Source: Euprymna scolopes (Eukaryota). Taken from it: a stretch of DNA of 64,000 bases. The stretch lies in NCBI GenBank assembly GCA_053919585.1, contig CM132790.1. One strand, 5' to 3'. A program made the translations under genes and the position numbers. A model generated the notes under the pieces. The model was not told the DNA's origin. It made no database searches and was given only the letters and a program-made list of their open reading frames with translations. Shown piece after piece: positions 12,966 through 26,709 of this stretch. How positions within the stretch are numbered: the stretch's first letter is position 1; the number at the start of each line of letters is the position of its first letter.

Positions 12966-14007
12966 TTAGTAATTATACATTAATTGAAAAAATAAATGTT
13001 ATAAATTGGGGAAAGGATGTGATTAGAAATAAAAGAATATCACCATATAGTAGTGTAGTTGTTACAGTGTTTATACAATCTATAAATTTTAAGATGCCTA
13101 CACATCGGATTTTAATTCAAAAGAATAATAGGATACTGATTGATTATCAACATAAAAGTTTCACAGAATAATTTTTTCATAAAAATCATAAATAGTAAAA
13201 CGTATTTTAAGAGGAGAACACAAAAATGTTTTGCTAAATCGCACACATTTATGGGCATCGGAAATATATATCATTCAGCTACATTTTTCGTTTTTGCCTA
13301 ACAACACTATGAATGACTTCTTTGAGGACCTTATGAATAGAAGCCATTACTGTAGATCTTCTTCCTTCTGCTAACGTTACTATTCCTACTATCAGTTCTA
13401 CCACTAGAATTACTCATTCTACTATTGCTGCTACTACTACTAAATTGTTAGTACTACTTTTATTACTACTCTATTACTACTGCTTATAACAATAGTGTTG
13501 ATGATAATGATGTGGATGCTACCAATACTAAATAGAATATAAGGTGGTCAATGTTTTAAGAACCACAACGGGAATTTGAAATTAGACTAGAAAAAATAAA
13601 ATCAGCACACGATAGAGAATTAATTATTCACCAGAATAAAAGAATAAAAGTAAACAAGAATCGCGCATAAGCATAGAATACGTCATAAAACAAAAAGACG
13701 ATTAAGGCACAAAAGAAATATTAGTTCGATGTAGAAGCTAATATATTTTCGAATAATGAAAGCTATTTCATGAATGTATTAGCTGACCTTAACTGCTAAG
13801 GATATTCGATTAACTCAGAAAATCTAATGTCCAATCTTAAACTATTGAATTATTCGCTGCTTATTATGGCAACGCACACTTTATCTAAAACCTTAATTAA
13901 ATATCATAAACCAAACATTCAACCAATGTTTATTCTACAAAAATATGTCCATTTTTATCGTGTTATATATACACAACACACACTTTCCCTTTTCTCTCTC
14001 ACACAAA

Positions 14008-14014
<7 letters not shown>

Positions 14015-14100
<86 letters not shown>
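14015..14100. repeat. (TA)n microsatellite
   Basis: Direct reading. Confidence 0.95.
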
Positions 14101-14103
<3 letters not shown>

Positions 14104-14800
14104 GAAAAGTCAAAATATCTCTGACTATGAATGTCGGTCGAAAAGTAGACTTATAGACTTATTGTTTGGGACACTTATGGAGCATTTTCTTTTATTGAAA
14201 CTTTTTATCTAATGATTTTGCCATGCAATTTTATTTATTTATTTATTCTTACTCATATTCACACTTATTAAGCATATCAGGATTTGAACATAAGTTAATT
14301 CTATTTAAGACCATGCGTATGGATGATTAACACGGTGTTGATTTACGCTGCACTATCATTAAATCAGTGTAGTAGGTAGAGGGCAGAAGGAAGGGAATTC
14401 CAAAACCTAGCTTTTTGAGGGCAGAAACTAGTAGAGTAGAATTTTAATGGCGTTTCGGCAAATCAACATTGAAAATGTATGGTTCACTTGCTAATTATGT
14501 TGGTCGGAGAAACGTACTTTGAGAGTGGTATAAGTTTAACGAGTTCTCTCAAAGCCCATTTTATTAAAATACTAAAATGGGCGGAAATATGCACATTACA
14601 GTATAAGGCATAAGAGTTGAGCTTAATTGACAATATGGGACTTATTACGCTAAAACCTCTTTTGGGGAGCCGATCCAAGTGGGGGTATGTAAAATTCCAT
14701 AGATAACATTTAGCAACAATACTCTATGTATAGACGAATGGTGACTTTTTAGATGTATGGGATAATTTAACGTGTGAGTAGTCTGCTAGCAGGATAGATA

Positions 14801-15535
14801 TATGTTTTGAGAAAAATAGGAAAACCGAATGAAATTATTAAAATAATCAAAGTTTCGTCCTTATTTCAGAGAACATCTTCAGGATATTGAAGTAAAAATG
14901 CAAGAAAAGAAAAATTCATAGATCGTACGAAAAAGAGAACAGTTTTTGAATCCTACCCATGTCGGGAAGGAGAAACATGTGTGTGCGTATGGAAAGGTTG
15001 GGTTGTTCGATGTCTATATATACACTTTAAAAATGCGTTAAAATAAATATGTACATTTTTTTTTATTCCTTCTGTAAACTTATTCATTTTGTTGAAATAT
15101 TTAAAGAAAAACGGTTAGCCAGGATCTGTTTTGATATTTTGTTCTTTGATTATTATTTTCTCTATGCTAGGGGTTAAATGGTAGAAGCCTTTTCTTTGCG
15201 TAATAGTATTAGTATTTAATATTAGTGCTGATTCTAAAAGTCTTCTTTTAGCTCTATCTATCACGTATTTAATAATTTTCGCTTGATCTAAATTAAATGA
15301 GTGATCGTGTTCTGCACAATGGCAAACGAGTGCATTAAGGGCGTTACCATTCCTTATATATCTTCTATGTTCGTAAGGTCTTAATTTCAATTTTCGCTGT
15401 GTTTCACCTATGTACGCTTGTTGACAGTTGTTACATGGGATGGAATATATACCGGCATCAGATGTGAGGGTTTTGGGAGAGTGCTTGGTAGTTTTTAATG
15501 TGTGTTTTATTGGTGTGGAAGTTGTTTTTATCAAG
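14801..15535 (-). mobile_element. Penelope-like element, inverted 3' arm (GIY-YIG endonuclease + pLTR)
   Basis: ORF 15115-15579 contains GIYSIPCNNCQQAYIGETQR...EH...HCAEHDH...LES. The arm is the reverse complement of 15959-16693. Confidence 0.92.
14843..14890 (-). ncRNA. Degenerate minimal hammerhead-like core in the Penelope pLTR (left arm)
   Basis: Minus strand reads aatatc CTGAAGA t GTTCT ctgaaata AGGAC GAAA ctt tgatt, i.e. a CUGANGA core, 5-bp stem II and GAAA. Confidence 0.55.
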
Positions 15536-16723
15536 TGAAAACAACTATAAAATTTACACATAAATCCGAACAAGACCACTCCCTAGCTTTTCTAGACATA
15601 CTCCTCATCAGATCAGAAACCGATCTGAGTTTCAAAGTACATAGAAAGACCACACACAAAAACGACTATATTCTTACTACTCGCACCACAATGATAAAAT
15701 AAAGACTGGCATGATTATTGTTTTTTCTCGCGTGCCTTTAGAATATGCAGCCCCCAATATCTTAATGATGAATTTCAATATATTACGAATGTTTTAAGAA
15801 AACTACAGTATCCATCCTATTTCCTTTCTGACGCAAAGAAAAAAGCTACGAAAATACACTATAAAATAAACAGACAGAAAAATAAAACAAACGCCTCACT
15901 ATTAAACAGACATGTTTTCATTCCCACCCGTACCAAAAATACAAAAATCTACGACAGTCTTGGTAAAACAACTTCCACAACAATAAAACACACATTAAAA
16001 ACTACCAAGCACTCTCCCAAAACCCTCTCATCCGATGCGGGATATATTCCATCCCATGTAACAACTGTCAACAAGCGTACATAGATGAAACACAGCGAAA
16101 ATTGAAATTAAGACTTTATGAACGCAGAAGATATATAAGGAATTGTAACGCCCTAAATGCACTCTTTTGCCATTGTGCAGAACACGATCACTCATTTAAT
16201 TTAGATCAAGCGAAAATTATTAAATACGTGATAGATAGAGCTAAAAGAAGACTGTTAGAATCAGCACTAATATTAAATACTAATACTATTACGCAAAGAA
16301 AAAGCTTCTACCATTTAACCCCTAGCATAGAGAAAATAATAATCAAAGAACAAAATATCAAAACAGATCCTGGCTAACCGTTTTTCTTTAAATATTTCAA
16401 CAAAATGAATAAGTTTACAGGAGGAATAAAAAAAAAATTGTACATATTTATTTTTACGCATTTTTTTAAGTGTATATAAGACATCGAACAACCCAACCTT
16501 CCCATACGCACACACATGTTTCTCCTTCCCGACATGGGTGGGATTCAAAAACTGTTCTCTTTTTCGTACGATCTATGACTTTTTCTTTTCTTTCATTTTT
16601 ACTTCAATATCCTGACGATGCCCTCTGAAATAAGGAAGAAACGTTGATTATTTTAATAATTTCATTCGGTGTTTCTATTTTTCTCAAAACATAACGTCAA
16701 CCACCGCTGGTATTTTTACATTT

Positions 16724-16725
<2 letters not shown>
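15536..16725 (+). mobile_element. Penelope-like element, 5'-truncated copy (RT C-terminus, GIY-YIG, pLTR)
   Basis: PLE RT motif IKFTHKSEQDHSLAFLDILL...VHRKTTH, followed by a frameshifted GIY-YIG domain (ORF 16102-16377). It ends against a (TA)n tract. Confidence 0.92.
16606..16655 (+). ncRNA. Degenerate minimal hammerhead-like core in the Penelope pLTR (right arm)
   Basis: aatatc CTGACGA t gccct ctgaaata aggaa GAAA CG TT gatt. Stem II is partly mutated. Confidence 0.5.

Positions 16726-16726
<1 letters not shown>

Positions 16727-16800
<74 letters not shown>
16727..16800. repeat. (TA)n microsatellite
   Basis: Direct reading. Confidence 0.95.
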
Positions 16801-16803
<3 letters not shown>

Positions 16804-17099
16804 ATTTCATATCATGAAGTGTTGCTTCAGTACGTATCATGAAATTTTAGAGTTGAAGGCTAATAACCGGATAAGGACATCGGCCTTCTCATTTGATGTG
16901 CATGCAACCGTCCGGTTGTTGGATAGTAGATGAAGTACTTCTTGCCTTTTATTCACTACACTATTTCAAACTTTCCCAGAAATAATTAGCTCCTATCTTT
17001 TGGAAGTGTATGCATTTCTTGTCTATTTTTCCTAACAATTATTCCTACCATGCATAAATTGGTGCCCCTTTGTGTTTGACTTATTTCGTACGCACCGGT

Positions 17100-18200
17100 G
17101 AATGTATTATTTCTTTGTGCAATAATCGGAATATTTCTACCTGATAATTTTGAAACACAACCATGTTGAAATTTAAATTCGGATGCATTTAGCGGTCATT
17201 ATCTTACTTGCGTATTATTCTTTAATTTAAAGGGATAAACGATACCGTAGAACAGCTCTTTGTATTATTTGTTGTCAATATTTAAGACACTTAAGCAAAC
17301 TTTAATATTTCTTCATACATTGCCCTTGTCTAAAGTAGAAGAAGCTGAAGACCAGCAATTGAAAATATTTTTTTTCAGATTTGTGCATTTTAATGATAAA
17401 ATATAATAATAAATTGGAACCTCATATTTAAATTGCAGCATCTTTAGAGTTATATGTTTTCTAAAATGGAAGGCTACTTTAACATTCTTCCAAACATGTG
17501 ACGTTCTTCTACAATTATTTAAATATTGAGATCGTCACTGTAGCAAAAACATTTTTGATTACGCCTTTTGACTTTAACTTTGTAAAAACAAAAATATACT
17601 ACAAAGGACGTCAGTAATATATAAGAAAATGTTTCACCGACACATAAATGTATTTTTTTAAAGTAGCATACTTATCGTTGTCATGCTCAATATCCCATGT
17701 TCCGACCATGGGTTTAAGAATGCATTTAGATCATTTTTCGCCTGAAAATGGCGCATAATGATTAGCTCGTGAAGTATATATTTAAGGCAGCAAATATGGA
17801 TGTGACGACCAAGAAATTATCATTATAAAAGTAGAAAAATATAGCCCACAAATAGATTTTACACTGGTATTTTATATTGAAAATTCTCTCAATGTTTCCA
17901 GAGATGACATGATTTTAAAAAAAAATGAAAAACATGTACAGTACATGCCAAAGAAGTGTGCTGTAAGGACGAAACTTTATCGCCCAAAAACTGTATTACT
18001 TATTTGAAGATTACAACATTCTGCGTGTAATTGTCATTAAAATCTATAATTAAGATCGTATTTGAATAAAATAAATTTTAAATGTAATAATATGCTAGTA
18101 TTTTAAAAATAGTACATGCTTTCGAGGTTCATTTGAGGGGACGCAATGAAAACAAGTAAAATCTTATTTTTTCATACAAAATATTTTAACTAAAATACGT
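17100..18200 (-). mobile_element. Possible highly decayed hAT (hATm-like) transposase remnant
   Basis: Scattered minus-strand peptide remnants resemble CRHHI (LGRHI, ~17800), HARWM (HGRNM, ~17700) and NDxAERAVKL (TNN.QRAVL, ~17250) in the expected order. Many stops and frameshifts. Confidence 0.3.
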
Positions 18201-19659
18201 ATAGACCAAATCTCGATGTGTCATGCAAAAAATTGATAAATAATAGACACCAACATTTAATAAATTAAATATGATGTTGTATTACGTTCATATATAAAAA
18301 TTTGGAAAACTTAATATCTACTCTTATAAAAATAACTAGCGGTATGCATTGCTTTAATAACTAAATTAAAATATATTTGTAAACATACTAAAATTCTTGA
18401 ACATACGAAGTAAATATATTTTCAGCAAAAACAGTATTTATATATCTTTGTAACCATATATTTCAAACATAAGTATACGGTGGGCGTGTAAGTTCGTTGA
18501 TTTATCATCGATATTGTTGATGTTATTACTTGCCAAATAATTATGCTAAACAATTGCTAAATAATTATTAACTAATAGCATTACTAAAACGTGATAGCTG
18601 TGTCGGTAGTATGAGAAATCAGTTTCGTTAAGAAAAATATTTATAGAAGAGATGTGAAGCCCACTCAGATTAATGACAGAATAATGTTTTGGCTTTGATG
18701 GAATACATGGATATCGGCCTCCTATTTTTTTGGATCAGTGGAAGGGCATTGGACTATTTTGGGGCGTCATATTTTCATAAAAGTGTATATATTTCTAACA
18801 CCTCTGGTCTTACTTTTTACTCTATTTTAATGAAACTAGTCCCGTTGAATAAGCATTAGTGTGTTTATCAAATAAGTGCCAATTGTTTTGTTTAAAAACA
18901 ATCGTTTATATTTTAAAACCTTGGAGCAGGAGAAGGAAAAGAAGCAAGGTGGTTGTGGGATTTAAGTGAGGCGTCTCAATCCTGAGTCGTGACTCAACGT
19001 TTATTGTTCAAATGTTTTGCCTTTATTAACGTCACATATTTCTGATTTCATTGCGTATAGCTCCAATCGCTTTTCTCACTTTTACGTTTGTATACCTGCT
19101 ATCGCTCACGATTATGACGCCATTTGTAGTTCTCTCACTTCTTCGGTTAGACTCGCCTAGCTTGGAAATATGTTTTACTTTAATAACGGTTTTGATTGTT
19201 TCGGCGTTTCCCGCCTCTTCTTATTTTAACATTTTTTCCTTGAATTTGGCAAAATGTTAGTACATATGAAACTTCATTCCACCTTACTTTAACTACAGCT
19301 ATATCGCTTATAGTAGAAAAAGTAAAAAAGAGAGCATAAAACTGAGAATATTGTCTTTATAATAGAAGAAACGAGTAGATCAGCAAGTATTAAGTCTGAT
19401 CTTCCTATCCCTTGCATTTATTTACTGTGTTTTTAATGTGCCGTTATCTTACCAATTACAATGCANNNNNNNNNNNNNNNNNNNNNNNNNNNNNNNNNNN
19501 NNNNNNNNNNNNNNNNNNNNNNNNNNNNNNNNNNNNNNNNNNNNNNNNNNNNNNNNNNNNNNNNNNNNNNNNNNNNNNNNNNNNNNNNNNNNNNNNNNTG
19601 CTTCTGGTGCTGCATGTGAGATTATGCCACAAAAAAAATAGTGAAGAAATGTGTAATCA

Positions 19660-20215
19660 TAGAAATGTGTAATCCTAGAAATGTGAAGGGCCAATAGTGT
19701 CCTCACATTTTCACACAATTTCAGAAAAATCTAATGGATTTAGCAAAATGTATGTGGTTAAAAGTTTCATTTTGTGATATCTTGGAGGATTTTTCTTGAA
19801 AACATGTAAAATGAGCCACAAAAAGGGGCGTTTTTAGCACGGAAAGTCCCCGGAGACGCGAACCAGAATGTTGCAAGAGTCACCCATATTACATTTATAT
19901 TAAGAACAATGGGTTTTTTTCATTTTTGGCGAAATTTCAGAAAAATCTAATGGATTTGATAAAATTTATGGGGCAAAACGTGTCATTTTGGACTATTTGG
20001 AGGCAATTTTTTTTTTTACTTCTTTGAAACTCATCGGGACGCAACCAGAATTTTCGCAAACAAATACTTTTGTTACTGTATACATCTATATAATGAAATA
20101 CAATTTGTGGCAAAATTTAAGGAAAAACTAATTGACGGTTATTTGGAAATCATCCGAACTAATGTACGCACGGAAGCACTGACGCACGGACGCCACTGAA
20201 TACATAGGCCCCTCT
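19660..20215. mobile_element. Probable non-autonomous interspersed repeat with ~215-bp internal direct repeats (Helentron/HINE-like)
   Basis: aatttcagaaaaatctaatggattt occurs near 19716 and 19933, and gacgc(g)aaccagaat near 19856 and 20038. A (c/g)acgg-type microrepeat lies near the end. Both sides are bounded by N blocks. Confidence 0.4.
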
Positions 20216-20450
20216 NNNNNNNNNNNNNNNNNNNNNNNNNNNNNNNNNNNNNNNNNNNNNNNNNNNNNNNNNNNNNNNNNNNNNNNNNNNNNNNNNNNNN
20301 NNNNNNNNNNNNNNNNNNNNNNNNNNNNNNNNNNNNNNNNNNNNNNNNNNNNNNNNNNNNNNNNNNNNNNNNNNNNNNNNNNNNNNNNNNNNNNNNNNNN
20401 NNNNNNNNNNNNNNNNNNNNNNNNNNNNNNNNNNNNNNNNNNNNNNNNNN

Positions 20451-21770
20451 GTCTCTCTGGAAAGGGATGGGATTCATTTCAAGAGGATTTCCCTTAATCC
20501 CGGCTTCAAACCAGGATCATCAAAGATCTAGTGTTTTTCTAAGGATGTTGGTGGTACTTATGATTTCAGAGGTGTGAAGGCCGCCAAAGACATCGGGGAT
20601 TTGTAGTTTTTTCATTTGCCCACCCAGACGACTTGATACTACTGTTAGTGTACTAACTAGGACCGGGATTATTTGTGTTTTAACCTCGTGTATACGCCTT
20701 ATCCCCAAGAGCAATGTAGCATAATTGCTCCACTTCTCATTCTCCTTCTCTCTGACATTCCTGCCCCAGGGTACTGAGAAGTCTACAATCTGCCAGTTTT
20801 TTTAGACCTTGTCAATGACGACCAAATCCGGACGATTATGTTCCAGTTGCTTGGTCGTACCGTCACTTTTCTCCCACCATACTTCTACCGTGCCATCGTC
20901 ACTTGTTCTCACTTCATCAGGCACTTCCTCAAACCATTTTCCAGCACACTTCACCCCAACCCTCTTACACACCTCCCAATATATACGAAGTCCCATGCGA
21001 TCGTGTCTTTTGTGGTACTCTCTCTGGGCCAGTCCACTACACCCTGCTGCAAGGTGCGCAATTGACTGTGAGATCTTACCACAAATCCGGCATTATGCAG
21101 CAACTTATTGTCCTAGAACCACTTTTTTAACAATCGTGTTCCTAATGCCTGCTCTTGTGCTGCACAAACAAAAGCTTCAGTACTCTTAGCCAGATACCCA
21201 GCTCTAAGCCATTGTCATGATATTTCATCAGCCACTTTTGCTTTATCGTGGAAGAACCTTCCATCCATTTTCTTCCTAGCCAGTTCCTCTGCCCTTTCTT
21301 TATCCATACGTTTCACATAATCAGACTTGGCCTCACATATCCCCACTTCATTGGCCACAACCTTAAGCATCCGCACCTCACTTCTAACCACATGCTCTTT
21401 CAATGACATATCCTGTGTTCTGCCAAAAACTTTTACACTTTTCAATCCTCTCCCACCATCTTTCCTCTTTTGATACAGCCTTGCTACGCTACTTCGAATG
21501 TTAAATATACCTAACATTGCTAAAGCTTTTCTTGTTTTGATATCCATGGCATGCACATCCTTGTCAAACTATTCTAAAATTCCCGCACTGTATCTCCAAA
21601 TAATGACTGTCCATACATTTACTGCTTTTATACAGTTTCGACTTTGCAATTAGTTTCACTCTTCTAAGATACGCCTTCCTGACTTTTTCCTTCATTTATC
21701 TGTTCATGATGCCTACACCCTCCAGCACTCCCAAATACTTATATCCTATATCTTCTATTTCTGAATAAGA
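20451..21770 (-). mobile_element. R4/Dong-like (RLE) non-LTR retrotransposon, 5'-truncated and frameshifted
   Basis: Minus-strand motifs in order: YKYLGVLEG, RLYQKRKDGGRGL, zinc knuckle + RHDR, WFEEVPDEV, HNRPDLVVIDK (PD..D RLE), and a terminal ILRKTLDL* at 20520. Confidence 0.88.
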
Positions 21771-21771
21771 G

Positions 21772-22806
21772 ACAACCCAGGTTTTTCTCGATGATTGTAC
21801 ATCTAAACAATATTATATAAATGCGGAAGTGCCTCAGGGGTCTATCCTTTGACCTTTATTATTAAGAATATTCATAAATTACCCCCGTGACAAAATTGTC
21901 TCTGAGATGGGTGTATATGCTGATGACACCACGCTCATTGACATATACGGCAGGGAAAGAAATGAACACATATCTAAGGAAATGACAGAAAAACTGGAGG
22001 GTGGCCCCCAAGCTGTAGTGGAATGGAGACAAAAATGGATGGTCACATTCAGTGCTGCCAAAACTAAACTTGTTTCCTTCAATGATTACAAGAAACCTTC
22101 TCTTCCACCAATAGCAATGGCCAAAGACTCTTTATCTGAAAGTACTCATTTAAAAATCCATGGCCTAACGTTACAGGAAACATGAGTTGGAACAATTCCA
22201 TTGAGAGCATTGCCAGGGCCGCTGTAGTGCTAGAAAGATACTGACGCCCGGAAGTATTATATACCTCTATAAGGCCACAATCGCCCATGTATGGAGTACT
22301 GTTGTCATATTTCTGCTGGTGTATCTGCTACGAGTCTCTCCCTCCTAGACAACCTTAAAAAGAGAGTCGCCATCCTTATATGTCCTAAACTGTCATCTAA
22401 TATTCAGCCTCTGCCCTATCGACGAAATGATGACTCCCACTGCCAGTTCTACAAGTATTTTAACGTCGAATGCTCCGATAAACGGCAAGCACTTGTACCC
22501 CTCGACCTAAATACCCACGACAAATCCGATATGCAGCTAAATCACACCCCTTCACAGTAGAGAGTCCGTGATGTAAGAGAGATTGTACCCCAGTATTTTC
22601 TTCCCAAGAATCGTTAGACTTTGGAATTCCCTTCCCGGTCCCTGCTTTCCAAACTCTACTGACATGCAGAAGTTCAAGTGTAACGTCGACCGACATCTTG
22701 CTGCCCAACTCCCTACATATCACCCCTGCAACGTATATCCCTGATAGTAACCCCCTTCATCAAATGGCAAAGTACCTAAATTTTGGGTGAATATGTAATA
22801 AAAAAA
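21772..22806 (+). mobile_element. CR1-group LINE, 5'-truncated (same family as 32220-34505)
   Basis: VPQGSIL, VYADDTT, WMVTFSAAKTK and MEYCCHISAG motifs. The 3'UTR agtaacccccttcatcaaa.ggcaa is shared with ~34450, and an A-rich tail lies at 22801. Confidence 0.9.
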
Positions 22807-25800
22807 TAGTAAACGATTGTAACTATTTAGATATATACATACCAGGCTAAGGCATTTTTATTACATATNNNNNNNNNNNNNNNNNNNNNNNNNNNNNNNN
22901 NNNNNNNNNNNNNNNNNNNNNNNNNNNNNNNNNNNNNNNNNNNNNNNNNNNNNNNNNNNNNNNNNNNNNNNNNNNNNNNNNNNNNNNNNNNNNNNNNNNN
23001 NNNATGCAGAGTGCGTATAAATTATTATAGAATCAATCCATTCTTGATTTTTATATATTACAAGGAATAATTTTCCCGGCGGACTAATTCGCCAATTTAA
23101 GGTAGTAAATAATAATGATAATATCGTTCATCAAAGTCAATCTGTATTTGTTTAAATATCACGCCATCTGATATTTGGGATTGACGATAAAGAACCGGGA
23201 AAATTCATTTCTTATTAATGTTCCGTTTAAAATATGCCAATGACGTAATAGTACATCTTATTTCATCGTAAATTAATCTAAGTAATAAAAAAATAAAATG
23301 GTGAATACACAAAGCTTTCAACACATTGGATCAGTAGTTGAATGTCCTAGAACACACCTATTTCTACGGATTAAAATCGATCACTTTTTTTTAGAATAAC
23401 TTTTATGCTTAGGCATTATTATCTCCTTTGGCCGATGTAAAGTAAAATATACCCCTGTAAATTTTTTTGTCTATAAGTGAAAAAACTATTGATAGGACGG
23501 TTTTTTTTTTCAATTTTCCATACTTATTCAATTAATTAAGGTACAAAACATGTGTAAGAACTCTGCCAGGCATTGAAATTAACTTAGTGTCACATTTGCA
23601 ACAGATATGTCAAGCCGTTTCGGAACTTCTTGGGAAGGAACTCACNNNNNNNNNNNNNNNNNNNNNNNNNNNNNNNNNNNNNNNNNNNNNNNNNNNNNNN
23701 NNNNNNNNNNNNNNNNNNNNNNNNNNNNNNNNNNNNNNNNNNNNNNNNNNNNNNNNNNNNNNNNNNNNNNNNNNNNNNNNNNNNNNNNNNNNNNNNNNNN
23801 NNNNNGCCCCAGCTATAATTTGACCCCGTTTCTTACTGTTTTGTCCGAGTGAAATGGAACTGTGGTCAAAACTAGTTTATTATATTACAAACATCACATC
23901 AAAACACTGGCGTTTTAATCTTTTTTCTTTTTTTTCTCCGTTCTACAGCATATGTTCTAGATGGCTTCTNNNNNNNNNNNNNNNNNNNNNNNNNNNNNNN
24001 NNNNNNNNNNNNNNNNNNNNNNNNNNNNNNNNNNNNNNNNNNNNNNNNNNNNNNNNNNNNNNNNNNNNNNNNNNNNNNNNNNNNNNNNNNNNNNNNNNNN
24101 NNNNNNNNNNNNNNNNNNNNNNNNNNNNNNNNNNNNNNNNNNNNNNNNNNNNNNNNNNNNNNNNNNNNNNNNNNNNNNNNCGCAAATCTTCAAAGATTAC
24201 TGTGTTGTTTATTAGTTAAACATTTACATATAATTGTCTGATAGTTTACATGTATACGGGCAACAAAAAAGCACTCCACATATTGTTGGGTGCGCGTAAC
24301 TAACGGATCGTAACACACTCAGCATAGATAATTGGTTCTAATTACTCGTATTAAACTATTATCTTGGTCGAATTATATTAAAAACTACACGAAAAATAAC
24401 TTGTCAATAGGCAAAATGAGTTCTTGGTATGAGAAATAATATTATTTACAAAAACTTTGAATGGCATATGATGTGAATAAAAAAAGCAAAAAAATAGTAG
24501 AGATTGCCTAATTTTTTCTATTCATTTACTGTCCACGGAACTTATAAATCATAACGTGTACGAGAATGTAGTGAGGAAATAAATCTCTAACGCGGCAACA
24601 CGATGACAATTAGTATAAGCAAACATTATACGGAGTCTTTCTGAATAAAGGAAAGAGAAAATCAATGAAGGATATAATTAAGAATTTGACCTACTTTTGA
24701 TATTAAGGCGCACAATATCCCTGCAGTGAATACGCTGTCTATACTAAAACATGTTTGAAAATATCCACACTTGCCTTATTGTGTTTTCTAAGTTTGGTGA
24801 AGAGAAAAGACATTCTGATTAGAATTCTACTGGGATAAGAATACGAAACTCTTGCTATTTTGAATTTTTCTATGAAATTAGTACTTGTCAAGCGGCTTAT
24901 GAAAATATAGTTTACCCTACATTTTATGCTATAAAAGAAATACGTTTATAGATTTCTGCCATTGTCATGGCTGTTAATGACCATCACTCTCTTTTCGAGT
25001 TGAATAGATAACAATACAAATACTGTTCAAACTTCCGTGTACTGAGTAAGAGAACTATTCAATACAATTATTTCTACCTGGCGAAACTAATGTTCGCACT
25101 TGAATATAAGATTTCTTATGAAGCGACTTTCACATTTTCCAATGAAAAACCCCACGGAAATACATAAATCCCGCGGAAATACATATAATTTACCTTAGTC
25201 ATTACTTCATAAATGTCAACTCTCCTAACTTGACTAATCTACCTAAACTTAAGTACTTAACATATTATAGCAAAAAGTATTTTGCTCTGAAATATTATAA
25301 GATATAACACCTCCTATGTTATATAATTGGGTTATTCTAGCATGCAATCCATATGTTATATCTTTTGAATAAACAATATCGATGCTTGTAATACAACATT
25401 AAATTATTAAACATACTTATGACAATAATGGTTAAAAGAAGGCTTAACTACACATATTCCTGTGTGGTACGTTTCAGAGCTACACTTTAAACGATGATAC
25501 ACAACTACATATATTGATTATGACCGTTTCTTTTTAATTATAAAAGCTACTTTCTACACATCAAAATTGATCAAGCTCAGTAAACTATATATTCGGAATA
25601 AACAGAACCATCGTTCGTAACGATGTTTATGATATTATTTTACTCGGAAAAATCCGATATTTTTATATTTTTGGTTTAATCTTATTAAATTAAGATGTTA
25701 AATAATCGATCATCAGAGTGATTGTTTCAATCTGTACGAGTATACTCAAATTCTGCATAATACATTATCATAATAGTCACCATTTCTTACATAATGTTAA

Positions 25801-25825
25801 AAAGTGGCCATTCTTAAACATCCCC

Positions 25826-25828
<3 letters not shown>

Positions 25829-25914
<86 letters not shown>
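25829..25914. repeat. (TA)n microsatellite
   Basis: Direct reading. Confidence 0.95.
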
Positions 25915-25918
<4 letters not shown>

Positions 25919-26259
25919 CAACGATGGTTGACGTTATGTTATTTGAGAAGGAAAACTGAGAAGTAATAAAACAGAGATCAACGTTTTGTAGAAAAAAATC
26001 TAGAGGCAAACGGCTACAGTCACATGCGAGTGAAATAGAACAAAAAACCTTAAGTCCTTCTTATTTTGGGTCGACACTATAATATAACATTTTGGTATAT
26101 GTTATTCTGTAATGTATAGATGTATTTATTTAACGGAATAAACTATAAGATGGTCAACATTTTGTCATTTATTCTATATATTGCTTTGTAATCACATTGA
26201 GCTTCTTTTATAAGGATTGATATAAAATAAGTAAATATATTTCTACAGAAATATATATT

Positions 26260-26530
26260 CGGTTGGTTGGTGGTTTTTGTTTTACGGCATATCAACTCTT
26301 TTCAGCTTATTTAATGCCGAATCCAGTGATTTGGAAGACATTTTAAATAGAATATATATTTTTTCAAGTCAGTTTCTATTTAACACATAGTTGGGACCCT
26401 TACAGGTACTACCACTCCGGATCAGAGTGGGTCTGCATGCAATGGAAATAAAGGGGTGGCTCCACACTTCCCTCAAAACACCCAAGCTGGGACCTTACCA
26501 TCGGATATAGTTTAGGGTCATATCCAGGAC
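26260..26530 (-). mobile_element. SINE body fragment resembling conserved-core (Meta/MESC-like) SINEs of molluscs and fish
   Basis: Minus strand gtcctggatatgaccctaaactatatccgatggtaagg...gtgtggagccacccc...ccactctgatccggagtggtagtacctgtaagggtccc resembles, from memory, a widespread SINE core. The head is lost into (TA)n at 26531-26613. Confidence 0.55.
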
Positions 26531-26615
<85 letters not shown>

Positions 26616-26709
26616 TCGTAAGAGCAAATAGTTAATAAAACATGTTAAAAACACTTTGAAAAAAGTTAATCATATTTAATCTGAAAAGGAAACTCTTAAT
26701 AAGTGGATA

